Assembly (NCBI RefSeq): GCF_964213995.1
Contig: NW_027590253.1
Span: forward strand, 310,001 to 374,000
Direction of reading: 5' to 3'
Source of the DNA: Mustelus asterias
Lineage: Eukaryota
Length of the DNA: 64,000 bases
Shown: in pieces, positions 13,431 through 25,164 of the stretch
Position numbering within the stretch: the first letter of the stretch is position 1
Layout: every line of letters starts with the position of its first letter
Program-made: the position numbers and the translations under genes
Notes under the pieces: model-generated
Database searches by the model: none
The model's input: only the letters and a program-made list of their open reading frames with translations
What the model was told of the DNA's origin: nothing

Positions 13431-14474
13431 TGGATGATCAAGCTAATAATTCATGTTAAAATAAAAACAGAAAGTGCTGGAAGTTCTCAGCAGGTATTGC
13501 AGCAAATGTGAATCGGACAGAGAGTTAAGGTTCTGAGTCTAATATGGCTCTTTTTAAACTAGCAACTGAGTGTGAGTTACAACAATTAGCACAATATCGA
13601 GACAGGGAATTGAATTGAATCCAGGCAGTGAAAGCCCTGAATTTAAACTCCTGTATTATTTCTGCAGTAAACTTGTTCTGGAAACTTACCTGCCAATTGA
13701 AAGTGTGGAGGTTTGAGAGCACCCCGAGCCAAATGGACTCCCGCTATTCCTGTTTCTGCTTATATTCCCGACACAGATTTACTTTGTTCCCTTCTGTAAC
13801 AGAGAAATATTGTCCAAACTTTGTCAGTCTTGCTGTTATTCATACTGTTATGATACATAGGCTCATCCCCTTTATCTCACATCGTAATCTGGAAAAACTA
13901 TTTGTGAAACTGCGAACTGTTTTTTATTAACGATCAGAGGCTTATTAATGATAAAAATTCCTGTCACTCACTTTGAGTGAATAATCAACAAGCTAGTTTA
14001 TTCAAATATCCAAGAACATTAAGTAAACAAGTAAAACATGTTAATTAAGTTACCGTTCGACTGAAATGCTGTTCAAATAATACTAGGAACATTCATTACC
14101 AATACTGTAATAACAGAATTTCAGTCACTCTCAGAGAAATTATACAAACAGCCTCGATGGGATTCAGAAGATTTTGGAGTTCTGCAGTAGTTGTGCGATC
14201 TGTAATGTCTTTCTAACTCCATATCCTTCGGTTAGATAGTTTTCTTAAGCGAATGTTAATCTGTCAGGGGTGGAGAACTGCTGCAGAGGCAAATGTTTTT
14301 TTGACTGGCTGCCCTGGCCTCTGGACATGGTCACCCAAGATATTATCGAGCGATGGCTGTTCCTCTGGCCTTTTTTTACCTGATATGGAGATGCCGACGT
14401 TGGACTGGGGTAAACACACTGAGAGTTTTAGCAACACCAGGTTAAAGTCCAACAGGTTTATTTGGTAGAAAATG

Positions 14475-14511
14475 CCATTAGCTTTCGGAGCGCTGCCCCT
14501 TCGTCAGATGG
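14475..14511 (-). ncRNA. Minimal type I hammerhead ribozyme motif in Penelope terminal repeat
   Basis: ccat-CTGACGA-A-GGGGC-AGC-GCTCC-GAAA-GC-TA-atgg: core boxes, stems I and II, palindromic AGCT in place of stem III. Confidence 0.7.
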
Positions 14512-15556
14512 AGTGGATATCTGCTCGCAAACAAGGCACACAAAGACAGAAAATCAAGTTACAGAATACTGATTAGAATGCCAATCCTGACAGCCAACCA
14601 GGTCTTAAAGATACAGACAATGTGAGTGGAGGGAGCATTAGGCACAGGTTAAACAAATGTGTATTGTCTCCAGACAGGAGAGCCAGTGAGATTCTGCAAG
14701 TCCAGGAGGCAAGCTGTGGGGGTTACCGAAAGTGTGACATGAATCCAATATCCCGGTTGAGGCCGTCCTCTTGTGTGCGGTATTTGGCTATTCCTTTCTG
14801 CTCAGCGACTCTGCGCTGTCGTGTGTCGTGAAGGCCGCCTTGGAGAACGCTTACCCAGAGATCAGAGGCTGAATGCCCGTGACCGCTGAAGTGCTCCCCC
14901 ACAGGAAGAGAACAGTCTTGCCTGGTGATTGTCGAGCGGTGTTCATTCATCCGTTGTAGTAGCGTTTGCATGGTTTCCCCAATGTACCATGCCTCGGGAC
15001 ATCCTTTCCTGCAGCGTATCAGGTAGACAACGTTGACCGAGTTGCAAGAGTAGGTACCGTGTACCTGATAGATACTGTTCTCACGTGCGATGATGGCATC
15101 CGTGTCGATGATCCGGCACGTCTTGCAGATGTTGCTGTGGCAGGGTTGTGTGGTGTCATGGTCGCTGTTCTCCTGAAGGCTGGGAAGTTTGCTGCGGACA
15201 ATAGACTGTTTGAGGTTGTGCGGTTGTTTGAAGGCAAAAAGTGGGGGTGTGGGGATGGCCGTGGCGAGATGTTCGTCTTCATCAATGACATGTTGAAGGC
15301 TCCGGAGGAGATGCCGTAGCTTCTCCGCTCCGGGGAAGTACTGGACGACGAAGGGTACTCTGTCCACCGTGTCCCATGTTTGTCTTCTGAGGAGGTCGGT
15401 GCGGTTTTTCGTTGTGGCACGTCGGAACTGTCGATCGATGAGTCGAGCGCCATAGCCTGTTCTTATGAGGGCATCTTTCAGCGTCTGGAGGTGTCTGTTG
15501 CGATCCTCCTCATCAGAGCAGATCCTGTGTGTATGGAGGGCTTGTCCGTATGGGAT

Positions 15557-15899
15557 GGCGGCACGGTAGCACAGTGGTTAGCACTGCTGCTTCACAGCTC
15601 CAGCGACCTGGGTTCGATTCCCGGCTTGGGTCACTGTCTGTGTGGAGTTTGCACATTCTCCTCGCGTCTGCGTGGGTTTCCTCCGGGTGCTCCGGTTTCC
15701 TCCCACAGTCCAAAGATGTGCGGGTTATGTTGACTGGCCACGCTAAAAATTGCCCTTAGTGTCCTGAGATGCATAGGTTAGAGGGATTAGTGGGTAAATA
15801 TGTAGGGATATGGGGGTAGGGCCTGGGTGGGATTGTGGTCGGTGCAGACTCGATGGGCCGAATGGCCTCTTTCTGTACTGTAGGGTTTCTTTCTATGAT
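15557..15899 (+). mobile_element. HE1-type SINE nested in the Penelope ORF
   Basis: GGCGGCACGGTAGCACAGTGGTTAGCAC...GGTTCGATTCCC head and CR1-like tail GACTCGATGGGCCGAATGGCCT. Confidence 0.9.
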
Positions 15900-17866
15900 T
15901 AACGTGTTTAGGGTGGAAGCTGGAGAAGTGGAGCATCGTGAGGTTATCCGTGGGCTTGCGGTACAGTGAGGTGCTGAGGTGAGCGCCCTTAATGGAGATG
16001 CGTGTGTCCAAGAATGCAACCAATTCCGGAGAGTAGTCCATGGTGAGTCTGATGGTGGGATGGAACTTGTTGATGTCATCATATAGTTGTTTCAGTGATT
16101 GTTCACCACGAGTCCAAAGGAAGAAAATGTCATCGATGTATCTAGTGTATAGCATCGATTGAAGGCACTGTGCGGTGAAGTCGTCTTGGTCGAACCTGTG
16201 CATGAAGAGGTTGGCATATTGAGGTGCGAATTTGGTCCCCATGGCTGTTCCGTGTGTCTGGATGAAGAACTTGTTGTTGAAGGTGAAGACATTGTGGTCC
16301 AGGATGAAGCGGATGAGTTGTAAAATTGCATCTGGAAACTGGCAGTTTTCGGCGTTGAGTACTGAGGCCGTTGCAGCAATGCCATCATCGTGGGGGATGC
16401 TGGTGTAGAGTGCCGAGACATACATTGTGACGAGGAGTGCTCCTGGTTCAACTGCTGCATGTGTGTTGAGTTTCTGTAGGAAGACCGTCGTGTCGCGACA
16501 AAAGCTGGGGGTTCTTTGTACCATGGGTTTCAGGATGCCCTCGACATAGCCTGAGAGGTTCTCGCACAGGGTCCCATTGCCCGATACTATGGGACGGCGG
16601 GGTGTTTTTGCCTTGTGTATCTTTGGGAGGCAGTAGTGATCTCCAACGCGGGGAGTACGTGGGATGAGAGCACGGAGGGTGCTCTGAAGGCCCGGATCAA
16701 AGGTTTTGATCGGAGTGCTGAGTTGACGGGTGTGTTCTTTAGTCGGATCTGTGGGTAACTTTCTGTAGTGTTCCTCGTTGTTCAGTTGTCGGTACACCTC
16801 TTTGCAGTAATCCGTTCTGTTCAGTATGACGATGGCCTCTGAGTGCGGAATTGTCTCCTCAACTCAGTCCTAAATGGTTGACACACCATCCAATGGTTGA
16901 CACACCATCTTACACCTGCATAACTTTTCTTTTCAACGGGTAAAGGTTGGAAATGTAGGAAGTTTTAAACAAGTGAAATCCAGGGGCTAGAAAGCATAAC
17001 AACAGGAAACAGCTCTGATAAGGAACAATTCAGGAGAGATAAATGAACAAGTACTGTGTTGTCCATGGCCTGAGAGTGAGGAAAGCAGAGTATCACAGAA
17101 TGTCTGCACCGCAGCATGAGACCATTCACAAGATCTTTGAAGCAGTCGCGTGTCCTGTGGATAATAGGGAGCCGGTGGGTGTACTGTACAGTGATTACAC
17201 AGGAGCTGCAGTGATGAGGTTGGTGGATTTTGGAAATTGAGAGGAACACATGAGCAGCTTGTGTGACTACTTCACCTCATTGCCGCTTTTATACGGCAGC
17301 GAAAAGTAATCGTTGTTGCCACTGGATGAAGGACTAACTTATGTTCAACCGGAACAGAACACTTTGAAAGAGAGACTTGCCTCTGGTGGAAATAGATCTG
17401 AGATGGAAATAATGAAATATAAAATGAAGTAAATTAGATTAAACATCCAACGTATTAGAAATATTGGGTTTACAGTAAGTGACGTGAACTGATGCTGTGA
17501 TCGCAGATAGAGAACTGGGACCACCATCACACCGAGTGAATCCGCTGTCTGTTTAAATGTTGATCAAAGAAAACTTTTAATCATCTTGCACAATGGAACA
17601 TACGGGAACTCAATCAAGAAGCAACCTTCACTCACAAATAACAGAAAAGGTCAATTTCATCTCGCAACTTTCAGCCTTTTGCCATCTTCTGTACATTTAC
17701 CAAGAAGATTTATAAAGTAAGTGAATAGAGTTTGTGATGGTTAAAAAAAAACGCGTTCACACCCTTGGTGTACGTAAGCCCAGTGACGCACACAGAGGAG
17801 CAAACATAAGTATAGACCACGCGAGACAGAGGACTAACGAGCGACAAAACGGGAGCTTAGAATAAA

Positions 17867-17938
17867 GGGAATATAGCTTAGGGATAGAGCATTTGACTGC
17901 AGGTCACGACGTTTCTGCATTCAAATCGAATGCCTGCT
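17867..17938 (+). pseudogene. Decayed tRNA-Cys(GCA)
   Basis: GGGAATATAGCTTAGGGATAGAGCATTTGACTGCAGGTCA...TTCAAATC; acceptor and T stems do not pair. Confidence 0.7.
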
Positions 17939-18330
17939 TCCGTGCTTAATTGATTTTTTTTCAATTAAAACTGCCCTTCATTGACTGGAAAGTGCTTTGT
18001 GACGTCCGCAGGTCGGGATAGGTTCTATATAAATGCAAATATTTCATGATCTTCAATCCGAGTCCTCTGTTACTGAGCCCAGTCAGTGGGAACAGTCTGT
18101 CCCTCCCTGCTCTTTCAAACGGCCCTTTTCCATGTTAAGAGAAGGGATTAACCATTACACCACAACAACACTGTGGGGTAAAATAATAAAATATACATGT
18201 TTAGATTTGTAAACGATGCCATCATTTGGTCCTTCTGTGTCAGGTTTGGTGAAAATTGAATTGGCGTCTAACTTGCAGCCAACACGCTGTCACCCTGATT
18301 TAGGATGCCTTGTAGGTTTCAGTTGTGTCA

Positions 18331-18347
18331 GTCTCTGTGGCGCAATT

Positions 18348-18380
<33 letters not shown>

Positions 18381-18404
18381 ATGGTTCGAGACCATCCAGG
18401 AACG
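18331..18404 (+). tRNA. TRNAN-GUU: tRNA-Asn(GTT), near-intact (one acceptor-stem mismatch)
   Basis: GTCTCTGTGGCGCAATTGGTTAGCGCGTTCGGCTGTTAACCGAAAGGTTGATGGTTCGAGACCATCCAGGAACG; T run shortly downstream. Confidence 0.88.
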
Positions 18405-19889
18405 GGGCTTTCAGTATTTTTTCCACTTCATCTGCTTTTCTTGTCTTTCGGTTTTTGAGTGTCACTGAGTCCTTGGGCAACATTTTAAAAAAAAACTTAT
18501 CGTGTGTTTCTGCCTCTACTGTTAGCCGACGTTAGTTTATTGAACATTTATCTCTGACATATTATTTGTAACAATTTATATATTTCAAAAATTATTAAAC
18601 TCAATAACTGAACTCGAAACTTTAACCCATGTTTGATCTTGGGTTTCCATTTTCCTGCCCATTCCTCTTCTTTCTCAGTTAGATCAGGAATCTGTCTGTC
18701 CCAACCTGAAATGTGTTCAATGAGGGAAATACACAGTAAGTCGGCAAAGATCAGTGGAATGAGGACTGAGTTAAACTTTCACCAGAATGCTGCTTTTATA
18801 ATTGAAAAGTCCTGAGATTGAGAGCAGAGAGTTCACATTTGAGGCGTTTCAGTTCTTTGAGAGATGAATGCCTGCCGTGTTTTACAAGGTAAGTTTTCAC
18901 AGGATCAGTAATGATGAGGTTGGTGGGTTTTGGAAATTGAAAGTTACATGTGAACAGCTTGTGGGACTATTTCATTTATCATTGCCGTCTTGCCGTTTTA
19001 TGTTCTGATAAAACCTGTATTTATAATACAAGCATGAGATGGTGGAAATTCTCAGCAGGTTTGGCAGAATCTGTGCACACGCATCAAATTCTAAACACTT
19101 CCATGTGTCACCTGTGTTCCTGAAGTATACTGATCCTTGTGTTCAAAAAAAGTTGATAAAAACTTTTCAAAGCAGCTGCCCATCTCTAAGTGTTATTAAA
19201 TATCAAGGAATCACATTATCTCACAGCCATGTGGCATTTACACTCCCCCAATGCTTGAATAATATTCTGCAACTGCATTCATGGAGAAAGAGATAAAATT
19301 CGGGACAAATGTTATTTTCTGAATCTTATGTTAGATCAATGACTCTGGCACATGGCTAAGGTTTGCAACCGAATTATATTTCAATAAAACAAGGATTTAA
19401 ATTGCAATCAGACTGCACGGTTTGATATTCTCGGCCGGTCACATTGGTCATGAGCAGAGTTTCTGGATTGTCGGAGTTAACATGTTCATTTCATATACGA
19501 TGAGTTCCCCGATTCAAAATAAGGTCGAAACATTATCGAAATTAATATTTTTTTGAATTTTCCCCGATTCTTGATCGCTGTTGCATATGAACTGGATTGG
19601 AGCAGACAAAATGTAAATTTGTTCTTTACCATTTATTGAAAAAGAATACCCTCAGCAAAGTCGCCGCTGGCATACTGTTGCTTTTCTGCTTCCACTGTCA
19701 CACTCACGATGCAGCTGATGCAGGCTAGATGGCTTAGCCATGGCAAATGAGTGATGTTCCGGTTCTACAATGGCAAAAGTGCCTCAGCAAGGTACTCTGG
19801 GCTTACATTTTCTGGTTAATGTTTCAGCCATTCATGACTGAGATATGGAGATATTTCTTCACTCCAAGGCTTGTGAATCTTTGGAATTA

Positions 19890-20020
19890 TTTGACTTATT
19901 ATTGTCACATGTATTAGCATACAATAAAAAGCATTGTTTCTTGCGCGCTGTACAGACAAAGCATACCGTTCATAGAGAAGGAAACGAGAGAGTGCAGAGT
20001 GTAGTGTTACAGTCATAGCC
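19890..20020 (-). mobile_element. LINE 3'-end fragment (same family at 42360-42590)
   Basis: ttattattgtcacat...tttcttgcgcgctgtacaga.aaagcataccgttcatagag is present at both loci; (ATTTG)n tail at 42358. Confidence 0.6.
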
Positions 20021-20437
20021 GGGATGCTAGAAATTGAATTGAAGCATTGTGAGAGAGTTTAAAAGAGTTAGAATGAAGTTTTAGAAGCATAGAACGAGAG
20101 TAAAAGATAGAGTTAGAAGGTATGCTGGGCACAGCTTCCAAGAGTTCGCCTCGCTCGGACGCCATCTTGCATCAATTCTGTAGCGGCACAGAGGTCTGTG
20201 AATCTTCAGTTGATGAAGACTTTGAGGTGGAGAGTTGTTGGAATCTAAGTGAATGAAGGGCTGTTGGTATAAGCTGGGAAATTGGGATTGAGGCTGTGGA
20301 TCTGCCTTGATTCAGTCATGGAGGAGGCTCAATGGTTCATGTGACCCAATTCTACTCCATTGATGCTGTTCATTGGCAATACCAGATACGGCATCAATAG
20401 GTTCTGCTGGTACCATTGATGAGCTCAGGGCAGTAAT

Positions 20438-20636
20438 GATGTGGAGTTTCCGGCGCTGGACTGGGGTAGGTACAGTAAATAATCTCACAGCACCAGGTTA
20501 AAGTCCAACAGGTTTATTTGGTAGCACAAGCTTTCGGAGCACGCCCCTTCATCACGTGAGTCACCTGATTCGGACAGTGCTCCGAAAGTTCGTGCTACCA
20601 AATAAACCTGTTGGACTTTAACCTGGTGCTGTGAGA
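20438..20636. mobile_element. Foldback mini-element made of two inverted Penelope terminal-repeat ends
   Basis: 60-bp arms 20483-20542 and 20577-20636 are reverse complements with 2 mismatches and match the Penelope ends at ~14430 and ~47020. Confidence 0.85.
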
Positions 20637-20808
20637 GAACTGACTGGGCAGTGATAGTAGTTGAAGCGTGTGATTGAATCTCATCCAGTTCCTTAACTTT
20701 ATGAAATACCTTTGTTATCACACAAATTCCAACGGAACGCAAATGTAAATTATTGTTTGCAATTGATGGGTTTGTGGAACCAGTTTCCTTGAATCATTGC
20801 ACCGCAAT

Positions 20809-20880
20809 GTTTCTGTGGTGTAGTGGTTGTCACATTCGCCTTACACACGAAAGATCCCTGGTTTGATCGCGGCAGAAATA
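20809..20880 (+). pseudogene. tRNA-Val pseudogene (AAC/CAC-type body, TAC anticodon)
   Basis: GTTTCTGTGGTGTAGTGGTTGTCACATTCGCCTTACACACGAAAG...; B box GGTTTGATC and stems damaged. Confidence 0.75.
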
Positions 20881-22050
20881 CTTTCATCATAAACAGAAAA
20901 GGTTGGAAGGTCTAATGAGACATGACAGCATCTGTGGAGAGAGGAAAGAGCCAAACTTTCAAGTCTGGATGACCCTTCGTCAGAGCTCCGGACTCGAAAC
21001 GATGGCTCTATTCTCTCTCGACAGCTGCTGTCAGACCTGCTAAGATTTTCCAGCATTTTTCTATTTTTGTTTTAGGTTCCAGCATCCGCAGTATTTTGCC
21101 TTCACAAAAAAAAAACAAAAGCTTTTAATTTCAGAGGGATTCGACTACTGGAATTATTTGCGCGTTTGTCACTAAACATGAGCTGACCTACTGAGTATTC
21201 CCAGTATTTTCTGATTGTAAAGTGAGGAATCACTGAGCGAAAGGGAAAAAAAAGGATTTTTGTGATAGGGCACAAAGCAGGATGGATTACATGACACCAT
21301 GAATGGTGGAAAAGACAACATCGAGGAAGTGATGGTGGAGCCTGGGTGGTCTAGTGGTTCAGAGTCAATGTTTCCATAGCTATGGCCCGGAATTGATGAT
21401 AAACTGTTAACTAAACAGAGCACTTTGCTCAGCACGGACTGAATTTCTGGAGATGAAAGTATCTGAACATAAAGGAAGAAGGCATAATTTGCTTCAGTTG
21501 GTCATAAGATGTTAGAATGACTGTGTGACAATGTCAGTAGCAAAAGTGACTTGAAATGAAGCGGTGGAGACAGAGATGGTTATCAAAGAATTTCAAATCT
21601 CTAATATAAGCTTTCCTGGCATGCCGTGGTCAGGTTTAATCGCCATGTTCCACGTTGGAGTACCAGGCAAGTAGCGAATAACTTCTTATTTAACTCTTCA
21701 TTAAACGAAAGCACGCCTCACAGTGTCTGTTAAGGGAGAAACAAGATCAATCTTCAGCTGTATGCATTGTATTAGAGCCGGAAAAATCAGAGATGTAACA
21801 ATAACAAACTCTGAAGAAGAATGACACGGCAGACATTTATCACAAAAGCCACTGACACACATGTCAAATTCTTCCTCTTTCAAGTCTCATCGATTGACTC
21901 CTTGTTCTCCACCTCGGATATTTCCACATCCATTAAATATCACCCACCTGAAAATTCAATCTCTTCTTCGCTCCACTGATGATGATACACCAACTCCACG
22001 CTGGGCGCAGGAATTGGCTCCATAGCTCAGTGGTTGCATCAGTTGGACAG

Positions 22051-22345
22051 TTTAAAGTTTATTTATTAGTGCCACAATTAAGCTTACATTAACACCGCAA
22101 TGAAGTTTCTGTGACAATTACGTCATCGGCAGAACCGGCACCTTCTCGGGTAAATTGACAGCTAATTTAGCATGGCCAATGTACCTAACCAGCACATCTT
22201 TCACTCTGTGGGAATAAGAAGGGGCACCCGCAGGAAACCCACGCAACACGGGGAAAGCATGCAGACTCTGCACAGACAGTAACCAATGCCGGGAATTGAA
22301 ACCGGGCCCCTGGCTCTGTGAGGCATCAGTGCCACCATGTTGCCC
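22051..22345 (-). mobile_element. tRNA-derived SINE (duplicate of 842-1133)
   Basis: Same sequence and position within the repeat unit. Confidence 0.8.
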
Positions 22346-23423
22346 AGAAAGATCTTATCTTGTTCATAAACGGAGAAAGAGCAGACAATGTTTGTAAAGG
22401 TGACCTAGCTCTTTTTTAATTGATTAGAAATGGGTGTCGCTGCCGGCCAGCATTTATTGCCCATCCTGGTTGCCCTGGGACAGTTAGGATCAAACACTTT
22501 GCTGCAGCTCTGGAATCAATGTCGGCCAAGACGGATAAGGGACGGCAGATTTCCTTCCCTAAAGCACATTACCGAACTCAATGTTTGTTTTTCCGACAAT
22601 CGACAATGGTTTCATGGTCATCAGTAGATTCTTAATTCCAGATAGTTTTTATTGAAAAACAATTCTACAACGTGCCGTGGCAGGATTCAAAAGCGGGGCC
22701 CCATAAAATTGGATGAGTTTCTGGATAAATAATCTCGCGATAATATCACCAGGCCATCGTCTTACCTAATATAAGCGTTTGTCTTGAGAGATTTGGGTGT
22801 GTTTGTACATGGAACGCAGGAAGATAGCATGGTGGTGCAGCAAACAATAGGAAGGGAATAGCATTTTGGTTTTTATTGCCAACAGATTGCTGTACAAGAA
22901 TAAAAACACCAATTTACATTTATACAGGGTTTTGTTGGGAGCAAGTGTGAAATATTGGGTGCAGTTCTGATATCCACAATGCTTTTCATTTTAGAAAAAG
23001 GCTATCCTTCCAATGGAGACGGTCCACTGGGTAGGTTCCTGTGATGAGAGAGTTCTCCTGGGATGAGAGGCTGTGTAAATTGCGCTGAAATTCCCTGGAG
23101 TTTAGAAGACTGAGAGACAATTTTATTGAACCTACAGAATACTGAGAGATTGTTTCCCAGTCTCAGATGAGGACTCATCGGAGAACTGACACACAAACAC
23201 ATCCAGCCAAGACTCTAGTTCTTAACTTTAATTGCATATTTGAAATGAATATATATTATACCATGTGATATGGATGTTATGAATATTCATTAAATAAATA
23301 ATGTTGACAACACCTGACAACAGTCGAGCGGCAACACTCGAGAAATATTTTTATTGTTGCCTCGGTTCACAAGCCGGAAATACGCGACAATGAATGCTTA
23401 TGGGAAAATAAAAGTACAACGAC

Positions 23424-23496
23424 CGCCTCTGGATGGGACTGAGCCACCAAACATTTGCTTAAAGTCGAACGCAATAACGAATTCCGCAATTAAGAC
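23424..23496 (-). pseudogene. Decayed tRNA-Asn
   Basis: Paralog of 2214-2286. Confidence 0.6.
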
Positions 23497-23879
23497 GAAG
23501 ACACACTATATTAGGGTGTCAACGAGTGCTGTTATATATCCAACCCCAATTCTCTTTTTTAAAAACATAGTCGAGAACTACAACATGACCACATCGTTTA
23601 CAATACTATGCAAACCCCTTTGACTACTTTACCCCCCACAGTGTTGCAGCGATTTAGGGGTTTCCCGCTTCTCCCAACATGGGAAAGGGCCGTTTGATAG
23701 AGCAGAAAGGGACAAACTGTTTCTATTGACGATTGTCAGTAACCAAAAATTGGGACTGAAGGTAATTTATGAAAGACAGAATTGTATTTCTGTGACGCCT
23801 TTCCCGGTTGGTGGACGTCACAATGCGCTTTGCAGCCAAAGAAAGAGAGTCACAATTGAAACTAAGACAAAGATAAGGA

Positions 23880-23951
23880 AGGGGGCACTCGGATTTGAAC
23901 CGAGGGCCGTTTGATCTGCAGTCAAACGCTCTACCACTGAGCTACACCCCC
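23880..23951 (-). tRNA. TRNAC-GCA: tRNA-Cys(GCA), intact
   Basis: GGGGGTGTAGCTCAGTGGTAGAGCGTTTGACTGCAGATCAAACGGCCCTCGGTTCAAATCCGAGTGCCCCCT; anticodon and T stems pair perfectly. Confidence 0.9.
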
Positions 23952-25092
23952 TCAGCTGTGAACTGATGCTCGGGATCCAGCATAGTCTTATTAAGTGGTG
24001 GAGGGGGTTCCAGTGGTCAGACTGCATCACGCTTTGTCTCAGAGTTACTGGTTTCTGAGTGAAGTCGGAGAGCTCAGCGTTTAAGTGAGCGAGATGTTTT
24101 CTTGTGATTTGGCTGAGATTTGGATCCAGGTCTGGGAGATGTTTGTGTCAATCTAACCGATAAAATCAACTCCATTGTCATGCAGATTTGAACTTGTATC
24201 CCCATCTCTATTGGCAGCGCTTTGCAGCCTATCACTGTCCTTCACTATCTGTGTTTGTTCTTGAACTGTTGCCCATGTGACATTTCCAATTCGGACACAA
24301 ATATAGATCTAACTCCACTGCTTCTGACAGAGCTGTTTTCGACCAGGAAACGACTCAGGTTTGTTAAATGGATTGTAAAAAACTTTAAATCCTGGCATAT
24401 CGAAGCCGATATATGACCCTGAAAGCGCCAAATCCTAAGCACTGGACCACCAGGATTTCATTCTCCTGGTTCTCCCATAGACTGGATACAGGAATATGCA
24501 CAGTGCCAATTATTCACAGTCGCATTCTCCTTCCTGTCTTGTGCACGTTGTTCAGCTTTGAAATTATTCATTTTTTTCACATTAGCTTCCAGTGTGATGA
24601 AAGCAGAGCAGTGATAAGCGGAAGTTTTTCAACAGATTTACCACAATAAGGTTTATAACAAACATTACTCTTTGAATGTGGTGAGCTACAATGAAATTTA
24701 ATGCAGTAGAAGGTAAGTCACTCATTCTGACAGTAGGTACCAGCAATTGCAATGTAAATATGATGTCGGGATACCGGCGTTGGACTGGGGTGGGCACAAT
24801 AAGAAGTCTGACAGCATCATGTTAAAGTCCAACAGGTTCATTTGCTCCGATAATAAAATCAATTTGCTTTGTTTGATCAGCGCCCCAAAAGCTCCTGACT
24901 GCAAATAGACCTGGTGTTGTCAGACTTCCCAATGTAAATATGAATTGTTGTTGGTCATTGACAGGATTGTGGAATGGGGCTGATTTTTCCTTCTTCCTGT
25001 TCAACCTGCCACAAGTATCCCTCCCGTTTTCGACCAGGAAGCAATATCCACTCTCCTTAATTCATGTGTTGCACGAAAGCAATGAATCATCA

Positions 25093-25164
25093 TTCCCTAA
25101 CCGCGAATCGAACCCAGACCATGGCAGTGAAAGAAGCGAATTCTATCGACGAAACCAACACGGA
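25093..25164 (-). pseudogene. Decayed tRNA-Glu(TTC)
   Basis: CTTTCAC loop and GGGTTCGATTCGCGGTTAGGGAA end; D arm disrupted. Confidence 0.65.

Larger units (their letters stand above)
1..14224 (+). repeat. Segmental tandem repeat unit of tRNA array, copy 1 (continues left of window)
   Basis: Colinear with 21215-32478 (ttgtaaagtgaggaatcact at 1 and 21215; ttctaactcc.tatc at ~14211 and ~32465). Paired near-identical spurious ORFs in the track, e.g. 6566/26104, 12100/30342. Confidence 0.95.
14382..16837 (-). mobile_element. Penelope-like retroelement (RT + GIY-YIG endonuclease), 5'-truncated, interrupted by a SINE
   Basis: ORF 15787-16797 has GTAMG and YTRYIDD; ORF 14723-15367 has VYLIRC...WYIGET...RMNEHR; terminal repeat at 14382-14720. 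Confidence 0.92.
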
